From Octopus vulgaris (lineage: Eukaryota), in contig OX597820.1 in NCBI GenBank assembly GCA_951406725.2, positions 19,468,001 to 19,532,000 of the forward strand: a DNA stretch of 64,000 nucleotides, given 5' to 3'. Below are positions 53,906 through 64,000 of the stretch, in pieces. Position 1 is the stretch's first letter. Each line of letters begins with the position of its first letter. The notes beneath the pieces are model-generated. The model saw only the letters and a program-made list of their open reading frames with translations. It did not search any database and was not told the origin of the DNA. A program made the position numbers and the translations under genes.

Positions 53906-54572
53906 AATCTGAACTAAGTTACTTCTAAAAGGTATCTGGTTGTGTTTTATCTTGCAGTCTGTAAATAAGAAATAAAATTAGATGAATTTACTACATCCTC
54001 TCAAATAATTATCATACGAAAGTGAGTGAAAACTCACTAATACCCCCCCCCCCCCAATAAACATATTTTATTTAACATACATGGCTGTATAGTTAAGAAG
54101 TTTGCTTCCAAACCAAATGGTTTCAGGTTCAGTCCCACTTCATGTCACCTTGGGCAAGTGACTTCTACTATAGCCCTTGAGCTAACCAAAGCCTCTTGAG
54201 TAGATTTGGTAGATGGAACCTGTAAGAAGTTTGTTTGTGTTTGTGCATGATGGTGATAGGCTTCTTTCAGTTTCCATTCTCCAAATCCACTCACCTATCT
54301 GATTGGCTCCAGGCTATAGTAGAAGACATTTGCTAAGGACATAGGACAGTGGGACTGAACCCCAAACCATGTAGTTTGGAAACAAACATCTAAACCATAC
54401 AGCCATGTATATGTTAGTTAAAATATGCTTATTTAGAAATATTACTGGGGTTTCACTCACTTTGGTACAATAATTCACAGAAGGAAATAAATTGATCTAA
54501 TCTTCTTTCTTATTATGGACTGCAGGATAAAACAAAACCAGACACCTTTTATAAAGTAACCTAGTTCAGATT
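53906..54572. repeat. Large imperfect palindrome with ~320-nt arms and a ~25-nt loop
   Basis: AATCTGAACTAAGTTACTTCTAAAAGGTATCTGG... versus ...CCAGACACCTTTTATAAAGTAACCTAGTTCAGATT; each arm is ~170 nt non-SINE sequence plus a SINE A 5' half. Confidence 0.9.
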
Positions 54573-55088
54573 CTTAGTCCTATAGATCTCTGGTTTTGAA
54601 AGAGGTCAGTCATATATATAACCTAGAAGTGAGAAAATCATTGTGGTTTAATTGTAGTGATGTTATGAGTGAAAGCTTTCAAAGCTTTGTGATCTCATTT
54701 AAGTTCATCATCATCATTTAATGTCCATTTTCCATGCTGGCACACTGGTGGGCTACCCCAGTCTTCCATTTTGATAAAGTTTCTACAGCTGGATGCCTTG
54801 CCTAACACCTATCACTTTACAGAGTGTATTGGCTGCCTTTACATGGCACCGGTATGTAAAAAGCACCTACATATTCCTCAATTGTTATTCTCTATAGTGT
54901 GTGTGTGTGCATGCCAAGGGAATAAGTAAACCAGCACAATTTGGGGACAAGCACTCAGAATTTTACAAAGTTCCAGTGTTCAAATTTCCAGTAACTTTTC
55001 AAGAAGATTTCGGTAAATTTCATTGTTTCTGGCTGAAATTGATCTTCAGACTTCATTTGATGAAGATTAATAAACTACTTCTTTTATT

Positions 55089-55330
55089 AACAATTATAGC
55101 ATGGAAGGTGTTTATAAGCCATTTAAGAAACACATGCAGTTTTGTCAGTGAACAGGTCGTGGTCTTAAAGCGACAAAAATATTTTGGCAAATTAAATTTA
55201 AATGTTGAAGTGAATCTAACGGTTTTGTGTGTTTCTTAAATGGCTTATAAACACCTTCCACACTGCAATTGTTTTCATTTCAGCACACGATCTCAGATCA
55301 AGTCACTTGCTATGCAAGTACATCTCCGTA
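55089..55330 (+). mobile_element. Fold-back element enclosing a variant hammerhead motif (55141-55191)
   Basis: Arms 55089-55134 and 55228-55273 with a 33-bp perfect core; between them UUUGUCA-GUGAACA-G-GUCGU...GCGAC-AAAA-AUAU-UU|UGGCAAA. Confidence 0.65.
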
Positions 55331-56257
55331 GTTCTTTTATTAAATTTGCCATAAAGACAGTCCAAAGGTTAGGCAGCTTTGCAGGCAGGACAAGACTTTA
55401 ATGAAATGAATGATACTGATATGATAAGGATGGGAGAAGACAGAAAGCACCTCCCGACCCTCGGCTTCTCTGTAACATTGTTCTTTCACAAACATACATT
55501 GGGGTATTAAACCTCTTACATTTTTCGATATTTAAACATATGCATTGAGGTATTAAACCTCTTACAATTTTTCAACACATACATTAATAAACTACCACTA
55601 TATTACACACTCACTGCTTGTGCATATAAAAATATCCTTTTGAAATTTAAATTCTGTCTGTGACTCGGTGTGTGTAGAAATGCTCTTTGTTAGCGTTTGT
55701 CTCATACTAAGAATATTGACTTTGGTAATTTACTGCTTAATGTCATTCTCTTGGTGATTCTTTCAATTTTCTCTCAAATTACAAACAAACTTCTTCTGTT
55801 TGTTATAGTCTACTAAAAATATCCTCATTTCAGATGCAAAGTTTTATTATATTATTGGTCTTGGTCTGTATAACCAGTAACAGCTTTTCTGTTAAGTGGC
55901 TGTAAAAAAAAAAAAAAAAAAAAATCTATCTGCAATTTGGTGGTGCTTTTTTTTCCCTTCTTTCTTTCCGGATCTTTCCTATAGATTAGTTGATTGCATT
56001 GAAAAATGAATCATTTCCTTCTCACCATAAGGTACATGCTGCCGATTCTGTAAATATTTACTGTTATAAATATTTCCTTTGTTCCACCAACATATATATC
56101 TATACATACATTTATTATTATTATTGTTTTTTTGGTTTTGGATTTAGTTTGCAAGATTCTTTATATGAGTTCGTGTGTTGAAGCATATTCTGTTGTCTGG
56201 GGAGAGTCATTTTCTTTTTATCCCCAGACACAACAGATTATTATTATTATTATTATT

Positions 56258-56650
56258 ATGGTGGTGGCAAACTGGCAGAATGGTTAGCACGCTGGACGAA
56301 ATGCTTAGCGGTATTTCGCCCGTTGCTGTGTTCTGAGTTCAAATTTCACTGAGATTCACTTTGCCTTTCATCCTTTTGGGATCGATAAAATAAGTACCAG
56401 TTGAACATGGGTCAATGTAATCAATCCATCCCCACCTCCCCCAAGTTGCCCTTGTGGCAAAAATTTGAAATGATAATTATTATTATTATTAAGGCAGCGA
56501 GCAGGCGAAATACTTAGCAGTATTTCTTTCATCTCTCTTTACTTTCTAAGTTCAAATTCTGCCGAGGTTTACTTTGCCTTTCATCCTTAAGGGATCAATA
56601 AAATGAGTACCAGTTGAACACTGGTATCAATTTAATCAACTCATCCCCTC
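56258..56650 (+). mobile_element. Tandem SINE B copies
   Basis: Two central domains separated by (ATT)n. Confidence 0.85.
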
Positions 56651-56685
56651 TTCATTCATACACATTATATGGCCATACTGTGTGT

Positions 56686-57037
56686 AGGCACAATGGCCCA
56701 GTGGTTAGGGCAGCAGACTCGCTGTTTCAATTCCTGCATTGTGAGTGTTTTTATTGAGTGAAAACACTTAATGCTCCACTAGGCTCCAGTGGGGGTTGGT
56801 GGCGATCCCTGCTGTACTCTTTCACCACAACTTTCACTCTTTCTTCCTGTTTCTGTTGTACTTGTATTTCAAAGGGCCAGCCTTGTCACACTCTGTGTCA
56901 TGCTAAATCTCCCAAGAACTATGTTAAGGGTACACATGTCTGTGGAGTGCTCAGCCACTTGCACGTTAATTTCATGAGCAGACTGTTCCATTGATTGGAT
57001 TAACTGCAACCCTTGTTGTAACTGACAGAGTGCCATA
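56686..57037 (+). mobile_element. SINE family E
   Basis: TGGCCCAGTGGTTAGGGC head; body as at 39934-40227. Confidence 0.75.
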
Positions 57038-57040
57038 GTA

Positions 57041-57075
<35 letters not shown>

Positions 57076-57173
57076 GTATTTATATATATATTATATATAT
57101 ATATATATGTATATGTATATGTATATATATGTATATGTATATATATGTATATGTATATATATATATGTATATG

Positions 57174-57226
<53 letters not shown>

Positions 57227-57255
57227 GTATATATATATATATGTATATGTATATG

Positions 57256-57307
<52 letters not shown>

Positions 57308-57319
57308 CATACATATATA

Positions 57320-57688
57320 CTTTTTACTCTTTTACTTGTTTCAGTCATTTGACTGTGACCATGCTGGAGCACCGCCTTTAGTTGAGCAAATCGACCCCTA
57401 GTGCTTATTCTATCGGTGTCTTTTGCTGAACCGCTAAGTGACGGGGACATAAACACACCAGCATCAGTTGTTAAGCAATGCTAGGGTGACAAACACATAC
57501 ACACACGCATTTATATACATATATACAACGGGCTTCTTTCAGTTTCCATCTGCCAAATCCTCTCACAAGGCTTTGGTCAATCTGAAGCTATAGTAGAAGA
57601 CACTTGTCCAAGGTGCCACGTAGTGGGACTGAACCCGGAATCATGTGGTTGGTAAGCAAGCTACTTACCACACAGCCACTCCTGCGCC
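57320..57688 (-). mobile_element. SINE family A
   Basis: Matches the family consensus. Confidence 0.9.
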
Positions 57689-57938
57689 TGCATAATTTAG
57701 TTGGTCATGTTCAGTAATTATACCTATAATAATAATAATGCCACAAAGGCAGCAAATTTTAGGGGAGGGGACTAGTCGATTACATCGACCCCAGTGTCTG
57801 GTACTTAATTTATTGACACCCCACTGAAAGGCAACATTGACCTTGGTGAAATTTGAACTCAGAATATGGTGGCAAATGAAATATTGCTAAGTATTTCACC
57901 CAATAATAATAATAATGATGATGATGATGGTAGTGATG

Positions 57939-57974
<36 letters not shown>

Positions 57975-59591
57975 TTTGATCCTAAGAATTTTATAGTTGC
58001 TTTTTTTTTGTTTGTTTTTTATTTTTTCGAAGGGACATTTGAGTAATGCAAACACTTATAATTAATTAACCTTTGTCGTCAAAGTACAGTGGTAAGAAGG
58101 AAAGAATGGGTAGAATGAGGTGAGACAGGGGTGGGTGGGGCATAAGAGGAAACACACACACACACACACACACACACAAGCGCGCACACACACGGTCTTA
58201 GCAGTAAGTGTATCATAGTATCTAAGCATTGCGAACACTAGACAAGTATGGTTCAAGTTTCATTGTACATGCACAGTAATTGAAATGCTGGTCTGTTGGC
58301 CCTTAAATCCGTCTTTATTCTAGCAGCAGCGCTGCTACTAACTACTATTTTAGTACTTCCAACCAGCAGACATGTTATTCTGCAACCAAACTAGGAAGAA
58401 AGAAAAACAACAGGGGGGAAAAAAAACAAATAATACAAAAACAAAATAACAATTGATATTCCTCTCAGCTTACAGTAGTGTCTGGTATTTTCAGTTTTGT
58501 GGGGGGTAGTAAGCAAATATGTAATATGAAAAAAAAAAATAGTTCGTTTTTTTTTTTTTTTTAAATTGCTCCAACAAATTCTTGCAAATACTTAAATTTG
58601 CTACATTTACTTTATACACTCCAATTCAAGTTGTTATCCAGTGTCTGGTTCGAGAAAGATTAAGCTGCTGTTTCTTGCGAATCACTTGACCAGATAAAAG
58701 CTTGCTTCATTGGTCCAGACCTGCTTAACCCTTTAGCATCTTATAATAATTCTGCTTGTTCCTCTGTTACTTAACCCATTGGTAACGATTCCATATGATT
58801 AGTTCAGGAATTGGTAGGGTGGGGGAAGAAGTGGGGGGGGGGAATTGATTAAAAACTAAGTTTACTTTGGTCAACTAGTTTAGCGTTTTTCTAACTTTTT
58901 TGTCACAACCTGATTTATTTATCTCCCAACCCACTGAATGGTCGAGACCCACAGTTTGAAAAACGCTGGTTTATATTTTGCACCCAAAGGATTTTTTTTC
59001 TTCTCTTTCCTTTTGTTTTTTGTTGTGACCAATTTTATTTATCTTGCAACCCACTGAAGGGTTAGGGCCCACAGTTGATAAAGGAAAGTTTTGTGAAAGT
59101 TGACAAAATTGTATTTTTGAAGCTAATGGCTGTCACAAACTGTTCTTTGGTTTATATTTTCTTGTTGTCTTACTTGTTTCAATCATTGGACTGCAGCCAT
59201 GCTGAGACACCACCTTGAAGAGTTTTTGTACAATTTTTTTGTTTCTTAAATTTAGCACTTAATTTTATTAGTCTCTTGCCAAACCGCTAAGCTGCAGGGG
59301 CATAAACAGGCAAACACCAGTTGTCCAGTGGTGGGACAGACAGACAAACACACACACACACACAACAGACTTCCTCAGTTTCTAACTATCAGATTCACTC
59401 AAAAAGCATTGATCAGCCTGAGACTTATTCGAAAAGACCTTTGCCCAAGGTGTTGCACAGTAGTATTGAACCTAAAACCAAGATTCTTTTACCACAATAT
59501 GCAGCATCTCTCCTCTGTTCTGTCCCTCCCACAGTATATACAGCTTTCGGTAAGTCTGTCACATGTAGATGAAGACATGTTATATTGCAAA

Positions 59592-59950
59592 CTCTCTTTT
59601 ACTTGTTTCAGTCATTTGACTGTGGCCATGCTGGAACACCGCCTTTAGTAGAGCAAACTGACCCTAGGACTTGTTCTTTGTAAGCCTAGTACTTATTCTG
59701 TCGGCCTCTTTTGCCAAACAGATAAGTTACAGGGATGTAAACACACCAGCATCGGTTGTCAAGTGATGTTGGGGGGGACAAACACAGACACATATATACG
59801 ATGGGCTTCTTTCAGTTTCCCTCTACCAAATCCACTCACAAGGCTTTGGTCAGCCTGAGGCTATAGTAGAAGACGCTCGCCCAAGGTGTCACGCAGTGGG
59901 ACTGAACCCAGAACCATGTGGTTGGTAAGCAAGCTACTTACCACACAGCC
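59592..59950 (-). mobile_element. SINE family A
   Basis: Matches the family consensus. Confidence 0.9.
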
Positions 59951-60931
59951 TAGTTTTGCAATTCTCTTCATTCAACTCTTTAGCATTTAAACCAGCCATA
60001 TCCAGCCTAAGTAATTAATCTGTTTTTACCTTCAGTCTGACCAGATCTGGCCTCTCACACCTACCCTACAATGTCATTCTAAAAAAATAAACATTCGTGC
60101 ATTCACGTTGTCGAAATCTCCAAGCTGTGAGGCAGTGCATGCTTAATTCAAAACAAAATGAATAAATAAGCACTACATTTGACAGAGTGGAATCTGAACG
60201 CTAAAGGGTTAGAGAACTTTTATAAGGAAAACTCGTATGTGTTATTGGTTGTATGCTTGTAAGATATTCTATGGTTTCAAGCAGAGATTGTTTATGTTTT
60301 TCTCTCAACATTGGAGTTGTATATTGTTACTGTGCAGCTAGTTGAGGACACACGTACACACGGGTTTTGAAAGTGGTTCAGCAAAGTTAATTAAGGTATT
60401 GGATTTGTGACTGATGAGTCATATAGATCCAAATCCTTTCCTTACTTAAGCAGAATATATTGTATCCTTAGGCCAATATTTTATCCTTGATTGTTTTGTT
60501 CTGGGTTAAGATTGGAAAATAAATTCCATACCTACGTAGCTCTTCTATAAGGAAATGCATGACACGAGAAAGTGCACTGGCTTGTAAACGTAACAGCTTG
60601 GATAGCAAACAAAAAACCTGAAACAACCAGTTCTATATTTGCAGATTGGTCTGGTTTGTGCCAAGAGATTGCATCAAACCTTGTAAATAAATATACATCG
60701 TTGAATCTACAAGGATGTGAGTTCAAATCCTGCCTGAAGTATATAGCGCATTTATGTTCATTGACTAGATTTATTATTTGCTTCTTTCTAACAAACTGAT
60801 AAATTCATGCTTCTGGTGATGTCACGTTGAACTCAAACCATTCTTAGCAAGTGTTGTGTAACTAGCTGTATCCACATAAAATGTCATTCAACCTTTAGTG
60901 AAGCTCATGAGACAAAGACATGTCTTTAAAC

Positions 60932-61170
60932 TAGGGCTGTGGAGTCGAATCAGAAAACATCTACTCCAACTCCTCTACTATTAAGTGACTCTGGTCTACA
61001 TATCTTGTAAAGCATATGCATACGCTTGTACTTTGAGTAGGCCTATATGTTATAACTGGCTTATATTAAAGAATAAAAACATTGTGAGTCAGAGTCGGTA
61101 TAGTTTTATTGACTCTGACTCCAGCCACCCCTTAATTGTTTCTGACTCCGACTCTGACTCCACAGCCCTA
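60932..61170. mobile_element. hAT-type MITE with GACTCC/GGAGTC subterminal repeats
   Basis: TIR TAGGGCTGTGGAGTC / GACTCCACAGCCCTA; 8-bp TSD CTTTAAAC (60924-60931 and 61171-61178). Confidence 0.9.
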
Positions 61171-61571
61171 CTTTAAACTGTGAGTTATATTAAGAATGAT
61201 TCAGAAATTTCGTCTCCCCCATCTCTCGTTCTCTTTCTAAGTATATAAGGGTGTTCATAAATTATCTTTATGACTTCCATAATTTAAGTTGAGAGCCAAT
61301 CACTCAGTCAACCTCTTTGCATATTAAATAAATATTATTGGTTTCAAATTTTGGCACAAAGCCCACAGTTTCAGGGAGGTGATGAGTCAAATTACATCTA
61401 CCCCTGTTCTCAACTGGCACTATTTTATTAATCTCAAAACATTGAAAGGCAAAAGTCAAGCTTGGCGGAATTTGAACTCGGAACATAAAGATGAACAAAA
61501 TGCCACTAAGCATTTGGCCCAGTGCGCTAACAATTCTGCCAGCTGACTGCCTTAATGTTAACTAAACCTTA

Positions 61572-61774
61572 TTAACCCTTTTGCTACCAACCCGGCTGTG
61601 TCTTGTTTTCATAAGTTTTGAATTAAAATCTTCCACCAAAACCTTAGTCACAATTTGTGTTCCTAACACTAGCTTAATGATAACTAAGTTATTTTACTAA
61701 ATTCTTTGTTATATTTAAAGTAATTGAAAGAAACACAGAGCATCTCAACAGAAATATGGTAACAAAAGGGTTAA
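61572..61774. mobile_element. piggyBac-type MITE P2
   Basis: TTAA-CCCTTTTG...CAAAAGGG-TTAA. Confidence 0.85.
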
Positions 61775-62061
61775 AGTTTTAATTCATTTGCCTGTGTTTT
61801 CCAATAAACTCTGCTAAGTTCTTGTTTTTCTCTCTTTTTTTAAATTTAGTTTTTCAAATTGTAAAGGTAATTTATGGTCACCTTGCATATATAGATAGAT
61901 GGATAGATAGATCATCCTTGTTTTATATCTGTTGTTCATTGTTTGCACAGGTTGCCCTCTCTGTCACCAACCCTTTTAATTGCCTCCCATGGCACACTAG
62001 GACAAGGTACACCTTTTCTAAAACCAGTATTGTTGTCATGTATTGTACAACTGCAGTGCAT

Positions 62062-62264
62062 CAATGACGCTGCAACAAATGTCTTTCCAGTTTAGCATGA
62101 GTTCTCTCTTGCTGCTTCGCCATTCTTGTCCAGCCAGCTCATAATATTGTCCATCCATTTGCCTTCTTTGTCTGCCTCTTGATCTACTGCTCTCTACACT
62201 TCCTTCCATGATAATGTTTTCCTGACTTCCTGCTTCTTTGAATAAAGCCGAAATAGATGAGCTT
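62062..62264 (-). mobile_element. Decayed 3' end of an RTE-clade LINE ORF
   Basis: Minus strand translates, with frameshifts, KLIYFGFIQRS / ENIIMEGSVESSRSRGRQRR / WMDNIMSWL, matching the RTE/BovB C-terminal motif L.YFGH..R...G..EG.R.RGR....W.D.I. Confidence 0.75.
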
Positions 62265-63316
62265 TTAAACTGATAAACACAGACTCTTGTATGTGTGTGT
62301 GTGTGTATGCATGTGCATTCTATGATGAAAGCTATTAAACCAAAACTTCGAAGTCTCTCTCAAGACTTTTGCCTTGTTAAAATAAATGTGATCCATCAAT
62401 TAATGACTGACGGCTTTTATATAAACTATACATAAAACAAACATTAGAGGGTTTTTGTGTGTGTCTGTGTGTCACACACACATCCCATTATAAATTTGAA
62501 AATCAATACATACATGGACTTCACTCTTTAATAATAGCCCTTACTATATATATATTCCTGCAGCAAGGTACCAATTCTTAAACTGATATTACTTGACAAT
62601 ATCTACCAAACTTACTAATAGCCAATATAATTTTCCAAAATAGGTTGTTGTTGTTGTACTTTTTATTTTTTTTTTATTTTTGATATTTTTATTATCTCAG
62701 GTTAACTGTAACGATTGTCTTTATTGCATTTTCTCTCATTAAATGCAGAAACGGTAACTCAATAGCTTTTATGGAAATAACGTTAGATGAGTGTATTGAT
62801 GTCTGGTTTTATAAATAAGTTGGTTATTCATACGGACATTGTTAATGAAGCTAGTTGTAATTCTAACACCTTTTTCTAAACAAAAATATTAAAAAAAAAA
62901 AAAAAAATGGTTCAGCCACCTAAAGTTTTTTAGTCTAGGTGTTGTTAGGAGATGCTTTGTTAGTTAAACTCGGTCGAGGCACATTCTGGACAATGCCAGC
63001 AGCAGATCAAACACGTAAGAGATTATGTGAAATGTGAAATGAACAGATGCAGGTTTAGCTGTGTGGTTTAAGGAACTCACTTTGCATCCACATAGCTTCA
63101 GGTTCAATCCCACTGTGTGGTGTACCTTCTGGCAAGCGTCTTTTACTATAGCTCCAGACTGGCCAATGCCTTGTGAATGAATTCGGTAGGCAGAAGCGAT
63201 GTGGAAGCCTGTTGTGCATGTGTGTGTGTGTGTATGTATATGTGCGTGTCTTTGTCTTCTACTTGACAACTGGTATTGGTTTGTGTCTCCGTAACTTACT
63301 GGTTCAATGATAGTCT

Positions 63317-63683
63317 CTTTACTCTCTTTTACTTGTTTCATTTGGCTGTGGCCATGCTGGAGCACTGCCTTTAGTTCAGCAAATCAACCCCAGGTCTTTT
63401 AAACCTAGTACTTATTCAATCTTTTGCTGAACCGCTAACTTTACGAGGGATGTAAACATACCAGCATTGGTTGTCAAGTGATCTGGTAGTGGGGGGAACA
63501 CAGACACACACACATATATGCGACGGGCTTCTTTCAGTTTCCGTCTACCAAATCCACTCGCAGGGCTTTGGTCCGCCCGAGGCTACAGTAGAAGACACTT
63601 GCCCAAGGTGCCACGCAGTGGGACTGAACCTGGAACCATGTGGTTGGTAAGCAAGCTACTTACCACACAGCCACTCTTGCGCC
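63317..63683 (-). mobile_element. SINE family A, inverted relative to an older copy at ~63047-63310
   Basis: Matches the family consensus. Confidence 0.9.
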
Positions 63684-64000
63684 TGATAAAATATGTATGA
63701 GACTTTTAAATAAATACTAGGGTTGATCTATTGGATGAGAACCATTGAAGACAGCCACTGTCCATTGAAACAAGTGAAAAAAGTCCCAAAAAAAAAATCT
63801 AATACTGAAGGCCCATGGAGCTTAAAGCAATGTTGGATACAATGTAACAAACATTAACAACATTAAAATCTCTTGCAAACAACTGGTAGACTTCTGTAAA
63901 GTTCTGGTCTTTTTTATTTTTTTAACCTGTAATTTTATAATTTTGTCAAATTATAAAGTGATGGAGGGCTTGACCAACAATATCTGCCACACGGAAATTA

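Noticed and set aside
55015-55053. Minus-strand AAGU-CUGAAGA...GAAA-CAAUG-AA-AUUU
   Set aside because: Stem II is unpaired and U16.1 is missing; cannot be distinguished from chance.
60401-60436. CTGATGAGTC...GATCCAAATCC
   Set aside because: No GAAA and no stem III.

Overview
AT-rich, repeat-dense animal DNA, intronic or intergenic. The tRNA-derived SINE families and the dense (TA)n/(CA)n/(ATT)n microsatellites look like Octopus (coleoid cephalopod); this is inferred from recalled repeat families, not from a search. I recognise no protein-coding exon. Nearly all supplied ORFs are artefacts of microsatellites or SINEs, and the only protein-like remnant is a decayed RTE-LINE C-terminus (~62.1-62.3 kb, minus strand). 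The window holds several SINE families, piggyBac-, hAT- and Tc1/mariner-type MITEs, and a Helentron-type non-autonomous element. The most striking unannotated signal is a set of about 7 short elements, mostly from different sequence families and mostly next to (TA)n tracts. Each carries a minimal type I hammerhead ribozyme (HHR) fold, as described for Penelope-like element pLTRs and non-LTR retrozymes. Four of them have a fold-back (inverted partial duplication) architecture. They include one canonical core (3642-3731), U4C variants, an apparent G3-C8 covariant core, a circularly permuted ~350-nt monomer, and a tRNA/Pol III head fused to an HHR tail. Several long hairpins, with arms up to ~330 nt, are candidate dsRNA/ADAR substrates.
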